From Spirochaetia bacterium (lineage in GTDB: Bacteria; Spirochaetota; Spirochaetia; DSM-27196; Salinispiraceae), in contig JBBRCZ010000006.1 of NCBI GenBank assembly GCA_038204425.1, positions 64,001-128,000 on the forward strand: 64,000 bases of DNA, written 5' to 3'. This document shows, in pieces, positions 46,795-57,315 of the stretch. Position numbers and translations under genes: made by a program. Position 1 is the stretch's first letter, and each line of letters starts with the position of its first letter. The notes beneath the pieces are model-generated. The model ran no database searches and was not told the origin of the DNA. It was given only the letters and a program-made list of their open reading frames with translations.

Positions 46795-48261
46795 GTGAGT
46801 ACCCAGATACGGCAAGAAATCGTTCAACGTCGCAAAGAACGTATTAAGAATCAGGGCCACGACTTTGGTCATGCTGTGCCACTAAAGCGCGAGCAAAAGC
46901 TTGTGCCTTTTGTAAGCCATCCGCTCTTGATTTGTGAAATTAAACGTCGTAGTCCTTCGCGCGGGCAGCTATCAGCAGACCTCGATCCGCTTGTACAAGC
47001 CCAACGCTACCACGCGCTTGGCGTCAATAGCATTTCAATCTTGACCGAAGAAGACTATTTCTCAGGCAGCTTGGAAGACTTGATGCTGGTAAAGCGGTCC
47101 TTGCCTGATGTCGCCGTACTGCGCAAAGATTTTTTGCTAGATATTGAAGATATAGAAGTTAGTTTTAGGGCCGGTGCTGATGCCATATTGTTGATTGCCT
47201 CCATGCTAGAAAAAGAGCTTTTATACAAAATGTATTATCATGCTGTAAAGCTGGGCATGGCAGTCTTGGTGGAAGTACATGACCACGACGAAATAGCGTT
47301 GGTGGCTGAGCTTAAGCCAATTCTGACTGGTATTAACTGTCGCGACTTGCAAAACTTTAGACTTGACCGACTTTTACCACTTGCTAGACGTCAATCGATT
47401 GATTGGCCGTGTGATGTGGTTTTTGAGTCCGGAATCTTTACTGAGGAAGATGCCTATTTTGCGGCCTCTAATGGATTTAGCGGGATTTTAGTCGGCGAAT
47501 CAGTTGTCAAGAATGCCGAGATTATCCCCAGTCTCAAGACCGGCCTTGTACGGGGTATGGATCAAGCGTTAAGCAATCCACAGCAGACTCAGGGCTTTTG
47601 GCAGCGAATAGCTAACACGATAGAACAAAAAGCAGACAAACAGCCTTTGGTAAAGATTTGTGGTTTGTGTCGTGAGGAAGATGCTCGTTTGGCAGCAGAA
47701 CTTGGAGCCGATGTGCTGGGGTTTATCTTTGCCGATAGTCCCCGGCGCTGTGACCCAGCTTTGCTAGAAAAACTGGCCGACTTATCGGTGCTAAAAGTAG
47801 CCGTTGTCGTCGTCGATTCTGCCATGCCTGGCATGCAAAGCTTGCCAAAAGAATTGCTCGACCTACTGGAGCGTGGACTAGTTGACGCCTTGCAACTAAG
47901 TGGCCACGAAAGTCCAAGCTGGTGTGCAAGTTTACCTTGGCCCTATTACAAGGTGGCCCGACTCAAGCAGCTGAGTGATATTGATGCTTTGGACACATGG
48001 CGCAGTCCGCGCATTCTTGTGGATGCTTGGGACCAACATGTTTACGGCGGAAGCGGTAAGCGTTTGTCCCATGAATTAGTGACTGGTTTGGCTAGTAAGC
48101 ATAGTCTTTGGCTGGCTGGCGGACTGAATGCTGACAATGTAAGGCAAGTGATTGAAGACTATCACCCGGAGTTGCTTGACCTTGCCTCTGGTATTGAGGC
48201 CAAACCCGGAGTCAAAGATCATCAACAGATGAGGCGTTTTTTTTCAGGAGTAAACACGTGA
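46795..48261 (+). CDS. trpC: Fused indole-3-glycerol-phosphate synthase (TrpC) / PRA isomerase (TrpF)
   Basis: EIKRRSPSRG, LRKDF, GINCRDL, ESGI; then VKICGL, GFIFADSPR, GGSGK, LAGGL, SGIE. Confidence 0.94.
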   Translation: MSTQIRQEIVQRRKERIKNQGHDFGHAVPLKREQKLVPFVSHPLLICEIKRRSPSRGQLSADLDPLVQAQRYHALGVNSISILTEEDYFSGSLEDLMLVKRSLPDVAVLRKDFLLDIEDIEVSFRAGADAILLIASMLEKELLYKMYYHAVKLGMAVLVEVHDHDEIALVAELKPILTGINCRDLQNFRLDRLLPLARRQSIDWPCDVVFESGIFTEEDAYFAASNGFSGILVGESVVKNAEIIPSLKTGLVRGMDQALSNPQQTQGFWQRIANTIEQKADKQPLVKICGLCREEDARLAAELGADVLGFIFADSPRRCDPALLEKLADLSVLKVAVVVVDSAMPGMQSLPKELLDLLERGLVDALQLSGHESPSWCASLPWPYYKVARLKQLSDIDALDTWRSPRILVDAWDQHVYGGSGKRLSHELVTGLASKHSLWLAGGLNADNVRQVIEDYHPELLDLASGIEAKPGVKDHQQMRRFFSGVNT

Positions 48262-49511
48262 AGACTTATCAAGGAAGTTTTGGACCCTATGGAGGTCGAT
48301 TTGTAGCCGAGATTTTACGACGGCCTCTCGATGAGCTGGAAGAAGAATTTAAAAAGGCTATTGTCGACCCAGCGTTTCATGCTGAGTTTGATGATATTTT
48401 AAAGACTTTTGTCGGACGCCCAACGCCTTTTTTGTTTGCGTCAAATGCCACTAAGGTGCTTGGTGGTGCGCAGATCTATATTAAGCAAGAAGGCCTAGCC
48501 GCTACGGGCGCCCACAAGATCAACAATGCTTTAGGGCAAGCAATCTTGGCAAAGCGCTTGGGCAAAACGCGTATTATTGCCGAAACGGGCGCTGGGCAAC
48601 ACGGTGTCGCCACGGCTGCAGTTTGTGCCAAACTGGGACTGCCCTGTCGCGTCTACATGGGTGAGGTCGATATGCGAAGGCAAAAACCTAATGTTTTTTG
48701 GATGCAGATGTATGGTGCAGAAGTAGTTGCCGTCAAAACCGGTAGTAAGACGCTCAAAGATGCCGTTAACGAAGCAATGCGGGACTGGTCGGGCTCGTTT
48801 TCTGATACGCACTACCTTTTGGGAAGTGCCCTTGGGCCATCGCCCTATCCTGACATGGTTAGGGAGTTCCAGAGCGTAATAGGTCGTGAGATTAAAGAGC
48901 AATGCGCAGCGCTAGGATTTGAACCTGATACTATTGTTGCTTGTGTAGGTGGAGGCTCAAACGCTATTGGCGCCTTTGCTCCCTTTTTGGAAGCAAAACT
49001 TCCTCAATTGATTGGTGTTGAGGCAGGCGGTCGGGGAGAGCAGGTTGGCGACCACGCATCGCGGATGAATGGCCTCGGTGACACCGGCATAGTTCAGGGT
49101 TACAAGAGCAAATTTTTGTTGGATCAGGACGGTCAAGTCTTGCAGACTCACTCAATATCGGCAGGTCTCGACTATCCAGGAATTGGACCGCAATTGGCAT
49201 GGTTGGGCGAAGAAGGAAGGGTGCAATTTCTTAGGGCCACTGATGCTGAGGCACTTGAAGGTTTAAAGTTTTTTGCACGTAAAGAAGGGGTAATCTTTGC
49301 GCTTGAGTCTGCTCACGCTGCCGCTGCGGTAATTAAACTTGCGCCCAGTTTGCCAAAAACCCATCGTTTGGTGATTAACATGTCGGGTCGTGGCGACAAG
49401 GACCTCTTTATTACTGCTCGAGCCTTGGATACAGAATCCTGGAGTCAATTTTTGGCTTCTGAGCTGGACTCAATTAGAGAAGAAGTAAGTCAACCGCAAG
49501 GGACCTTATGA
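48258..49511 (+). CDS. trpB: Tryptophan synthase beta chain
   Basis: GAHKINN, AETGAGQHG, CVGGGSNAIG, SISAGLDYPG, ALESAHA, SGRGDKD. Confidence 0.97.
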   Translation: MKTYQGSFGPYGGRFVAEILRRPLDELEEEFKKAIVDPAFHAEFDDILKTFVGRPTPFLFASNATKVLGGAQIYIKQEGLAATGAHKINNALGQAILAKRLGKTRIIAETGAGQHGVATAAVCAKLGLPCRVYMGEVDMRRQKPNVFWMQMYGAEVVAVKTGSKTLKDAVNEAMRDWSGSFSDTHYLLGSALGPSPYPDMVREFQSVIGREIKEQCAALGFEPDTIVACVGGGSNAIGAFAPFLEAKLPQLIGVEAGGRGEQVGDHASRMNGLGDTGIVQGYKSKFLLDQDGQVLQTHSISAGLDYPGIGPQLAWLGEEGRVQFLRATDAEALEGLKFFARKEGVIFALESAHAAAAVIKLAPSLPKTHRLVINMSGRGDKDLFITARALDTESWSQFLASELDSIREEVSQPQGTL

Positions 49512-50269
49512 TGAACAAAGTACAATTGATGGCGCACATGATCCCCTACTATCCCGACCAGCAAAAATCTGTTGAAGTTGTCGATGCATTGGTGCAGGCC
49601 GGCATTAGTCAACTGGAAGTGCAGTTTCCTTTTTCGGATCCTACTGCCGATGGGCCTGTTATAGAAGCAGCGTGTACCAAAGCACTCAGTTCTGGCTTTA
49701 CTGTCGACAAAGGCTTTGCCTTTGTGGCAGCTGTGGCTGAAGCATGTAAACAAGCTGGTATAGAAATTTTTATTATGACTTACGCAAGCTTGGTACACCG
49801 ACGCGGAGTTAAAGAGTTTATCGAAGCCAGCCTAAAAGCAGGCGCAAGTGGACTAATTGTGCCTGACCTGCCTCCAGACTCCGATGAGGGACTTTATGCA
49901 CTCGGCAAGCAAGCCGGGCTGTCCATCGTACCGGTAATCACCATCAGTATTAGTCAAAAACGACTGGAGATGGTTAGAAAGCTTGACAGCAAGTATCTCT
50001 ATTGTGCTCTACGGGCTGGTACTACTGGCAGTGCAACCAATCTTGACAAGCAAGTGCTCGACTTCTTGGATCTACTCAAAGGCCAGAACAAAAAAATCTT
50101 TGGTGGCTTTGGTATCGACGGACCGGCTAGGGCAGCAGCTCTCGCGCCCCATGTGCATAGCGTAGTAGTTGGTTCGGCTATAGTTAGGGTTATCGATGCT
50201 GCCAATGCGCAGAAACAAAGTGTCAAAGATGCTGTGCTTCACTTTGTGCATCAACTGCAGGGCATATGA
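49508..50269 (+). CDS. trpA: Tryptophan synthase alpha chain
   Basis: EVQFPFSDPTADGPVI, IVPDLP, GTTG, GFGI, VVGSAIV. Confidence 0.95.
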   Translation: MMNKVQLMAHMIPYYPDQQKSVEVVDALVQAGISQLEVQFPFSDPTADGPVIEAACTKALSSGFTVDKGFAFVAAVAEACKQAGIEIFIMTYASLVHRRGVKEFIEASLKAGASGLIVPDLPPDSDEGLYALGKQAGLSIVPVITISISQKRLEMVRKLDSKYLYCALRAGTTGSATNLDKQVLDFLDLLKGQNKKIFGGFGIDGPARAAALAPHVHSVVVGSAIVRVIDAANAQKQSVKDAVLHFVHQLQGI

Positions 50270-50601
50270 GCGAGGTAGGATTTGTTTCAATGGCAGACTT
50301 TGAGTCCACGGTTCTAATGGCAACCAAGCCCGTGATTGTCAATTTTACTGCCAGCTGGTGTGCTCCGTGCAAGGTACTAGAACCCCAGCTCAAATTGCTT
50401 GCAGAGCAGTGGAAGGGCAAACTTAGTCTAGTATCTATCGATGTCGATCAAAATCTCGAGCTTTCTGAGCTCTACGAAGTCATAAGTATACCGCTCTTGC
50501 TGATCTTCAGCGCTGGGCAGCTCAAAGCTCGCCGCGCTGGCATAGTTGCTTTGTCCGCCCTAAATGCCATTTTTGAAGAAGCTTCTGCTTACGGCACATA
50601 A
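50266..50601 (+). CDS. Thioredoxin
   Basis: FTASWCAPCK, SIP; ATGA overlap with trpA. Confidence 0.85.
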   Translation: MSEVGFVSMADFESTVLMATKPVIVNFTASWCAPCKVLEPQLKLLAEQWKGKLSLVSIDVDQNLELSELYEVISIPLLLIFSAGQLKARRAGIVALSALNAIFEEASAYGT

Positions 50602-51641
50602 ACTGCCAAAGAATTGGGCAATCCAATACTTGCTCCTGAGCTTTCGCACACATACCATGCTTGTTTTCCGTTGGGAGAGATTCCTGTCTTTCTGTTGAGA
50701 GACCGTGTGCCCGTAAGTCCCACACTTGAAGCGGCGTCTTCTACTCTAATGCTGGCATCGGCCAATGCCCAGACTGCTTCTTGTTCCAAGAACTGAGCTC
50801 GAGAGAGCATGCGGCTGGATCCAAAACTCAGGTAATCCTTGCCTTCTTGACTCTCTTTGTCACCGTAATAGAGGCAATCCATGAGCGGCCCTAGCGGCGT
50901 TTCGGCCAATGAAATTATTGCGTGGCTGTCGGGTAGTCCAGCGCCTTCCTTTAGCCAAAAGTCCCATGCATCCGGCTGAGCATTCTTTCCACCCGAGGCC
51001 GATTTTGAGCTGGTTTCGTTAACCTCCTGCGTTAAACCTTCGGGCTTAAGGTGCAAGACTATAAGTTCGTCTTTTTTTACCAGCATGTTTGGAAAGATAA
51101 AACGGTGTTCGTAGTCTTCTGGGCTTCCCAAGAAAAAGCACAGCCCTGCCAAATTGCCCGCCCGTTTGACCAAAAACTCCACAGCGTCGCTGTTTTTGCT
51201 AGAAACCTTAGTAAGCACTTCATTAATTATTAGTTGAGCCGGATTTGTATTGGGTCCAAAAAAAGGAAGCACAATGCGCAACATATTGCCACTTTGGTCG
51301 CGCACCGTCAAACCCATATTGTACTGCTGGCCAGGCGTAGAAGGGGCAGCCATCAAAATTTCAAAGTCCGAAAGATAGGCGTCAGACAACTGTTGGTCAT
51401 TGGCAACAGAAAGTCCACCATCCAGAATTAGCGAGTCTTTTAACAGTTGGACGGGTTCGTCAAAGGTCATCAAGACTCGACCGTCAGAACAGACCTGATG
51501 TTTAGTCAATTGAGGGGCCAAGAAATCACCATAACCGAGCTGCGACTGTGGCTCAGCAGTACTTGGGTGTTTGCAAGCGGCGAGGACCATTAGAAATGGC
51601 AAGAGAATACCAAACATCAAAACCAAACTTTTTGCGGGCAT
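50589..51641 (-). CDS. Lipoprotein with Ig-like and lamin-tail-like domains
   Basis: ATG 51641 after AGGAG; lipobox LAAC; TFDEPV, LIINEV...DAVEF. Confidence 0.7.
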   Translation of the reverse strand: MPAKSLVLMFGILLPFLMVLAACKHPSTAEPQSQLGYGDFLAPQLTKHQVCSDGRVLMTFDEPVQLLKDSLILDGGLSVANDQQLSDAYLSDFEILMAAPSTPGQQYNMGLTVRDQSGNMLRIVLPFFGPNTNPAQLIINEVLTKVSSKNSDAVEFLVKRAGNLAGLCFFLGSPEDYEHRFIFPNMLVKKDELIVLHLKPEGLTQEVNETSSKSASGGKNAQPDAWDFWLKEGAGLPDSHAIISLAETPLGPLMDCLYYGDKESQEGKDYLSFGSSRMLSRAQFLEQEAVWALADASIRVEDAASSVGLTGTRSLNRKTGISPNGKQAWYVCESSGASIGLPNSLAVYVP

Positions 51642-51708
51642 AGATCTGCTCCTTTGCCCTATATACCACTTGCCTTTGTACTTTGATTGTACCGACACTA
51701 ATAGAGAG

Positions 51709-52278
51709 ATGAAAAAAACAGCAAAAACCAAAAAAAATCATACGGGACTGCTTGGCCTGATGGCCCTAACAATCTTCCTATTTGGATTTAGCTCGAGTGA
51801 TTCAGCTGCCCAAGGTCTGCCGCGCAAAGAGCCCCTTCCAAATTTCGTTGCAGTAGACGCTGTTTTGCTGGGAGAGCCACGACGGGCCTTTTTGCCTTTG
51901 CTACTTACCGTAGAAGGCATGCAGGACTTTGTGGTCGCCGAATACCGTATAAAAAAAACCGATGCCACTTTTAAGGTTTACTACTTAAAAGACGCGCCAA
52001 AGCCACTGTGGCCAGAGGCCAGACTAAGTTGTCTTCCACTCTTTGGCCCCGGGCGCTGGCGCTGGTATCCGGCTCAAGACAGGACGTACCTTTTTGACCC
52101 AGCTGGTCCAGCACAAAATTGGTTGCTATTTGAGTTCCCGCTAATTGTTGCAGACTCATGCAAGCTGATTACCCGGTTTTTGCAAAGCGCAGCATACTTG
52201 CGCGCAATCGAACAACGAAGAAACCCACTAAAAGACTACGGCAGTTTTTATCCTGCTTTGATTGGGCTCCTGCCTTAA
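51709..52278 (+). CDS. Exported hypothetical protein
   Basis: MKKTAKTKK + hydrophobic signal peptide from ATG 51709. Confidence 0.6.
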   Translation: MKKTAKTKKNHTGLLGLMALTIFLFGFSSSDSAAQGLPRKEPLPNFVAVDAVLLGEPRRAFLPLLLTVEGMQDFVVAEYRIKKTDATFKVYYLKDAPKPLWPEARLSCLPLFGPGRWRWYPAQDRTYLFDPAGPAQNWLLFEFPLIVADSCKLITRFLQSAAYLRAIEQRRNPLKDYGSFYPALIGLLP

Positions 52279-52342
52279 AGACCGTGAGAGTTTCTGCTGA
52301 CTTTGCTTATTTGTGACTTGAGGCGTGCCGACAATTAATAAC

Positions 52343-53455
52343 ATGACTAGCAGCAAGACTTTGTTGATTTTACTGTTTTTAGCGGCACTACTTGTGCCGT
52401 TGAGCGCTCAAGATCTACGTATTGGCAGTTCTGACCTTCGGATCGAAGCAAGCACAGATGCTGGGTATTACCTCTATATTCGCAAGGTAGCTGGGGTACA
52501 ATCGGTTCTAATTACCGAATCCACCGAGGATCCGGCACGAAAAGTTGCGAGTTACGCCTTGCGTAATCCAGTCTATCACCCCGAAAACGGCGACGAAAAA
52601 CGCATGCTTGACGGGCAGATGCTCAGCAACAAGGATCGTTACTCATTGATTGATTCGACGCCCATGAGTGATGCAGGTTTTGGTCAAGCGTTTAGAATCT
52701 ATATTCCTTATGTTATCGTTTTTGGCTATCCCAATGCACGTTACGGCCAAATTCAAGTCTTGGATGGCAGCTATCTAAGCATACGAGCCTTTTCTAAACC
52801 ATATGCCGACTATACTGGCGTATTTACCGACAACCCATTTGTGATTCGCATCGCCCAAGCGGCACGTAGTGAAAAAACGGCGCTAAGCTATTTGGGTGAT
52901 ACCGTCAGAAGCTATACTGACCTAACCAAAGACAGTGATGGAAAACTAATATACTCAAAAGGTGAGGCTGATCTCTTGCGGGACCTAACTGATCTATTGG
53001 GTTCCATTCGTGGTGACGACCTCGACTTTGTTTTGGTGCTCGACGCCACCAAGAGCATGGAAAACGACGCACCATTTCTGCGCGATCAACTAGTTCCCTA
53101 TCTTAATCAACTAACTAAGTCAAAAATTAGTCTGCGTTGTGGCGTTGTTCAGTATCGCGACTACTTGGAAGACTTTCTTTACAAGATTACGCCCTTGCAA
53201 AGCAGTTTTGGGACTATTCAAGAATCGCTAAATACCTATCGTCCGGCGGGCGGCCGCGACACGCCAGAGGCCGTTAACGAGGCGCTTTTTGCAGCCATCA
53301 ACGAGTTTGACTGGAAGGCCAAAAACCGAGTGGTGGTCCTCGTTGGCGATGCGCCGCCACACCCTATACCGCGCGGACTAATTACTTCAGAAATGGTAAA
53401 GGCTATTGCCAAAGAAAAATCTATAATTGTGCATGCGGTCATCTTGCCACAGTAG
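52343..53455 (+). CDS. Exported von Willebrand factor A domain protein
   Basis: Signal peptide; MIDAS-like DATKSM, VQYRDY, GGRDTPEAV, LVGDAPPH. Confidence 0.85.
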   Translation: MTSSKTLLILLFLAALLVPLSAQDLRIGSSDLRIEASTDAGYYLYIRKVAGVQSVLITESTEDPARKVASYALRNPVYHPENGDEKRMLDGQMLSNKDRYSLIDSTPMSDAGFGQAFRIYIPYVIVFGYPNARYGQIQVLDGSYLSIRAFSKPYADYTGVFTDNPFVIRIAQAARSEKTALSYLGDTVRSYTDLTKDSDGKLIYSKGEADLLRDLTDLLGSIRGDDLDFVLVLDATKSMENDAPFLRDQLVPYLNQLTKSKISLRCGVVQYRDYLEDFLYKITPLQSSFGTIQESLNTYRPAGGRDTPEAVNEALFAAINEFDWKAKNRVVVLVGDAPPHPIPRGLITSEMVKAIAKEKSIIVHAVILPQ

Positions 53456-53464
53456 TACGATTGT

Positions 53465-53929
53465 TTAGGGGGCGAGTGTCGTCGTGCTTGTGCTTGTACT
53501 GACTAAACTTCCCAGTTTTGCGTCGATTATAACTAAGAGCCTTTTGGAAAGCACCTTGATTTTTTGGGGCAGCTTGGCGCCGTTTTCACCATCGAATAGT
53601 TTTAACAAGGCATCAAAGGATGCTTTTGCAAGTACTAAGTTACCCGTTTTGTATTCGATCTGTGCCAGTAGGTAGTCCGCTTCAATCGAGGCATCACTAT
53701 CTTCAGCAAACCTAACTTTAAGCGTTTCAAGATAAACAGTCGCTGCCGGATAGTTGTTGAGATTGATAAAGTCCTGCGCCCGTTGAAAGAGAACCGCTTT
53801 GCTTAGGTCTGCGGGAATTTCTTCTGCTTTTACTTGAGTTGCGCAGGCAAACAAGCTGCTACTCATAACAACAACCAACAGTCCAAGACTGCAGATCACT
53901 AGAAACTGGCTAAAAATGTTCTTTTTCAT
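53465..53929 (-). CDS. Small TPR-like lipoprotein (BamD-like)
   Basis: ATG 53929 (MKKNIF), lipobox LFAC, LFQRAQ...EADYLLAQIEYK. Confidence 0.7.
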   Translation of the reverse strand: MKKNIFSQFLVICSLGLLVVVMSSSLFACATQVKAEEIPADLSKAVLFQRAQDFINLNNYPAATVYLETLKVRFAEDSDASIEADYLLAQIEYKTGNLVLAKASFDALLKLFDGENGAKLPQKIKVLSKRLLVIIDAKLGSLVSTSTSTTTLAP

Positions 53930-53935
53930 ATCTGA

Positions 53936-53964
53936 ATAATAACAACAAGCGAGAAGATTGTACA
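53936..53964 (-). promoter_or_regulatory. sigma70 promoter with extended -10, probably leaderless
   Basis: Minus strand TGTACA-17-TATTAT with TGn extension, then 6 nt to ATG 53929; no SD. Confidence 0.55.
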
Positions 53965-53972
53965 TTACAGCT

Positions 53973-55319
53973 TTAGCTCGTGAATTCGGGGTGTTCATCG
54001 AGAATTGGAATCAGAACGGCCTGGGAACTAACTGCAGGCAGGCTATTGATCTGGGCGACGGCCGCATTCATAGCCATTTCGCTGGCTGGGTGCAGAATGA
54101 TTACTAGTGGCGTTGATGACTGTCCACTTTGGTTTTCAGGTATTTCTGCCTGATGGATGCTGGCAACGCTCAGCTGATGGCTTCCTAAAACAGCAGTCAC
54201 CGTGGCCAAGCTGCCGGGTTTGTCGTGTACATTGAGACGCAGGTAGTAACGTCTAATTATCTTGTCGTCGCCCACTAATGCAAGGTCGCTCGACCGGTCC
54301 GACCAAATATTGACTTGCTTAAATACAATCGGATACGAACCAAGGGCTATGCTGATAAGGTCAGAAACAATGGCACTGGCAGTTGGTCGGGCTCCGGCGC
54401 CGCGACCGTAGTAGAGCGTATGGCCAACAGCACTTCCATAGACGCTGAGTGCATTAAAGCTTCCTGACACCCAAGCCAAAGGGTGACTATGACTGATGAA
54501 AGCAGGTTCAACGCGTACAAATATACCGTCTAAGCTGCGCTGGGCTTGGGCTATAAGTTTGATTACATAGCCCAATTTGACACCGGCGCTTACATCCTGA
54601 TAGTCAAGCGAGTCTATGCCTTTGACTGATACCTGCTCAAGTTGGACCTTGCTGCCAAAAGCTAGACCTGCCAAGATTGCGATCTTGTGACTGGCATCGT
54701 GTCCTTGTACGTCAAGGCTTGGATCGGCCTCGGCAAAGCCAGCTTTTTGGGCGTCAGCGAGCGCGCTCGAGTACGAGGCACCTTTGCTTATCATCTCTGT
54801 CAAAATAAAATTGCACGTGCCGTTGACTATGCCAAACAAGGCATTGATGGTATTGGCAGCCAAACCGTCGTAGAGGGCCCTTACGATCGGGATGCCACCT
54901 GCGCAGCTGGCTTCAAATGCTATACTGAGCCCGTTCTGACGAGCGATTTCAAACAGTTCACTGCCGTGATGAGCCAATAGCGCTTTGTTGGCTGTAACTA
55001 CGTGTTTGCCGTTAGTCAGGGCAAGCTTAATCAAGTCGCGCGCAAAACCAGTCCCGCCTACCAACTCCACAATTACATCAACGTTTTTGTCTTTGAGTAC
55101 TGGATCCAGATCTTCGTGTAGCAGCTGTTGTGGCAGGCCTATCTCCCTGGCATGGCTCAAGTTCTTGTCGACAATCGCGACCAGGTCGAGCTGAAGCCCA
55201 AGTCTTGACAGGTAGTTCTGACTATTTTCCAAAAGTACTTGTGCTGTGCCGCCGCCAACAATACCGCAGCCTACTATCGCAATTCCTAGACGTTTGATTT
55301 CTGGTTTGTTGACCGACAT
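53973..55319 (-). CDS. hom: Homoserine dehydrogenase with C-terminal ACT domain
   Basis: GCGIVGGG, VVTANKA, FEASCAGGIP, NGTCNFIL, GFAEADP, GRGAGARPTASA, DKPGSLA. Confidence 0.95.
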   Translation of the reverse strand: MSVNKPEIKRLGIAIVGCGIVGGGTAQVLLENSQNYLSRLGLQLDLVAIVDKNLSHAREIGLPQQLLHEDLDPVLKDKNVDVIVELVGGTGFARDLIKLALTNGKHVVTANKALLAHHGSELFEIARQNGLSIAFEASCAGGIPIVRALYDGLAANTINALFGIVNGTCNFILTEMISKGASYSSALADAQKAGFAEADPSLDVQGHDASHKIAILAGLAFGSKVQLEQVSVKGIDSLDYQDVSAGVKLGYVIKLIAQAQRSLDGIFVRVEPAFISHSHPLAWVSGSFNALSVYGSAVGHTLYYGRGAGARPTASAIVSDLISIALGSYPIVFKQVNIWSDRSSDLALVGDDKIIRRYYLRLNVHDKPGSLATVTAVLGSHQLSVASIHQAEIPENQSGQSSTPLVIILHPASEMAMNAAVAQINSLPAVSSQAVLIPILDEHPEFTS

Positions 55320-55487
55320 ACTTAGCGCTCCTTGGCAGAACTGCCCAAAAAAATTGAAGTCTGATGCTGCAAATTGAGTCAGCGATTGTATTATGACTCC
55401 GCATCTTAGAAATCTTTGCCCAAGCTGTCAATCAAAAAACGTTTTTTGCGCCTTGGACTGGAATTATTTGAAGATATGTAAGAAAAT

Positions 55488-56648
55488 ATGCTTATGAAAA
55501 ACTTAAGCATACGGTCATTGACCGGTCTATTTGCTGGAATATTCTTTCTGTGCTCAAGCACAGCGGCCTTTGCCCTCACCGATGCAATTGGTGAAGTGGT
55601 TTACTTGGATGGTCAGGTGCAAATCCTTCGCAACGCCAAGCTTGTATCGGGACGAGATATCAGTTTTGGTACCGTTATTCAGAATTTTGACCAAATCCGC
55701 GTAGTCAAGAATGGGCAGGTTGAAGTCCAGCTTTATGATAAAACCGGCATTGGTGGATCAATCATTGTAAAGTCGGGTGGGGTCATATCATTTGATCTAA
55801 GTAGTCTGCGCAGCCAGCAGAGTGGCAACGTAGACCTTCTAAAAGGCAGTGTCCAGCTCAAGATTAAGAAACTGGCGACTGGTAATCAACTAAACGTTAG
55901 AACCGGCACCGCCAACATGGGTGTTAGAGGCACCGAGTTTGAAGTTGAGTTTGCAGTCAATGGTGATACCTTGCTGAGCACTTCGGAAGGGCGTGTGGAA
56001 TGTCAAGCTGATGGAAAGACTTTATTTTCTGCCCCTGGTAGCGTAGTTCAAGGAAGTGCTGACGGCAACTGGAACAGTGTACCCGTAGCTGTCTCAAGTC
56101 TTGCTGAGTTTAAAAGGAAGTGGATAGCCGACAGAATTGATGCCTTTAAGGCCGACCCTGGCCGCGCCACTGCCCAGTTTGCTAGCCTTTACTTGGAGTA
56201 CAAAACACGATTTGATGCGGCTTACGATGAACTCTTTAGACAGCGTGACGTCATGCAGAAATGGATCAAAGAAGAGATGGACGGTAACATTGGCTCAACC
56301 GCAGAGCGAAATCGTGAAAAACTAAAGTTGATTACTGCCCTCAAAAAGATCCGCGTAGTCGGTTTTTTGTTTGAGCGGGTTTACTTCCGTCTGCAACAGT
56401 TGGACGAGCTCTACAAGCAAGGCATTGCGGCGACTGGACAGGTCAAACGCGGTCTTAGCGTGGCGGCATTTTTTAGACAGTTTAATGAAGAGCGTGACGT
56501 CCTCGGGCAAAAAATGGCGGATATAAATTTTGTAATTAAACTTTACGCAAAACGCAACGAAGGCACGTTTCCCTTTGATGTTGCTGGTAGCAGCATGGGC
56601 AACGCCGACAGTATGTTTGCCAACGAGAATAGCTTTTTTGGCAATTGA
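55488..56648 (+). CDS. Exported FecR-domain protein
   Basis: Signal peptide; GEVVYLDGQV, VRTGTANMGVRGTEF, EGRV. Confidence 0.8.
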   Translation: MLMKNLSIRSLTGLFAGIFFLCSSTAAFALTDAIGEVVYLDGQVQILRNAKLVSGRDISFGTVIQNFDQIRVVKNGQVEVQLYDKTGIGGSIIVKSGGVISFDLSSLRSQQSGNVDLLKGSVQLKIKKLATGNQLNVRTGTANMGVRGTEFEVEFAVNGDTLLSTSEGRVECQADGKTLFSAPGSVVQGSADGNWNSVPVAVSSLAEFKRKWIADRIDAFKADPGRATAQFASLYLEYKTRFDAAYDELFRQRDVMQKWIKEEMDGNIGSTAERNREKLKLITALKKIRVVGFLFERVYFRLQQLDELYKQGIAATGQVKRGLSVAAFFRQFNEERDVLGQKMADINFVIKLYAKRNEGTFPFDVAGSSMGNADSMFANENSFFGN

Positions 56649-56692
56649 TTAGGCGCCGAGACGCTTTGGAATAGGCGGGGTAGCGAAACAGC

Positions 56693-57313
56693 TCAGAAAA
56701 GAGTAGCTTCGCCGCCCTGCTTTTTTTTGGCGTGTTTGATGTGTTCCAAATAGGAAAGCTCTTGTGCAACAGTTGGTAGCATGCTCTGACCTTGGAATCG
56801 TTTTAACAAGACTCTTCCGTTGGAGCAAAAGACAAAAAGTTTGCGGCCGACACTGCCTCCGGTGTCAGAGCTAAGTATGGGAATATTCTCAAGTGCCAAA
56901 AACTCCATGGCAAGTCTAATGTTGCCATCGGGGATACCTTCGGCAATGTCATCTGAATTGACTTTTGTAAGGTTAACCGCAGACTTTATGTTAAGCACGT
57001 GGCCGCCTCCAAAGACCTTGGCGACAAGACTGTTTTTTGGGGCTCCAGCCTTAAGAACTGCATTGAGCAACTGCTCCATAGCTTGTAGTCCGTACCGACC
57101 TGCATCGTCAGCAAATACTTGCTGGCTACCAAGGTGTCGTGGCAACATATAATGATTCATACCTGTTATACCAAGCGTAGGAGCATGCAGGACTACACTT
57201 ACACAGCTGCCCAGTATGGTACTAATCATGGTTTCTGGCCCGTCGACATGAAACTCACCGGGGTGGATTACGGTCGTAGGTAGTTGGTACTGATGGCTAA
57301 AGGTGTGCAGCAT
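56693..57313 (-). CDS. cheD: Chemoreceptor glutamine deamidase
   Basis: IHPGE, TILGSCVSV (Cys), GMNHYMLP (His), RYG, AKVFGG, DTGG. Confidence 0.93.
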   Translation of the reverse strand: MLHTFSHQYQLPTTVIHPGEFHVDGPETMISTILGSCVSVVLHAPTLGITGMNHYMLPRHLGSQQVFADDAGRYGLQAMEQLLNAVLKAGAPKNSLVAKVFGGGHVLNIKSAVNLTKVNSDDIAEGIPDGNIRLAMEFLALENIPILSSDTGGSVGRKLFVFCSNGRVLLKRFQGQSMLPTVAQELSYLEHIKHAKKKQGGEATLF

Positions 57314-57315
57314 AT

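Noticed and set aside
55453..55488. Possible additional leaderless promoter before the FecR gene (TTGGAC-16-TATGTA-7-ATG)
   Set aside because: The -10 lacks the conserved final T; too weak to count
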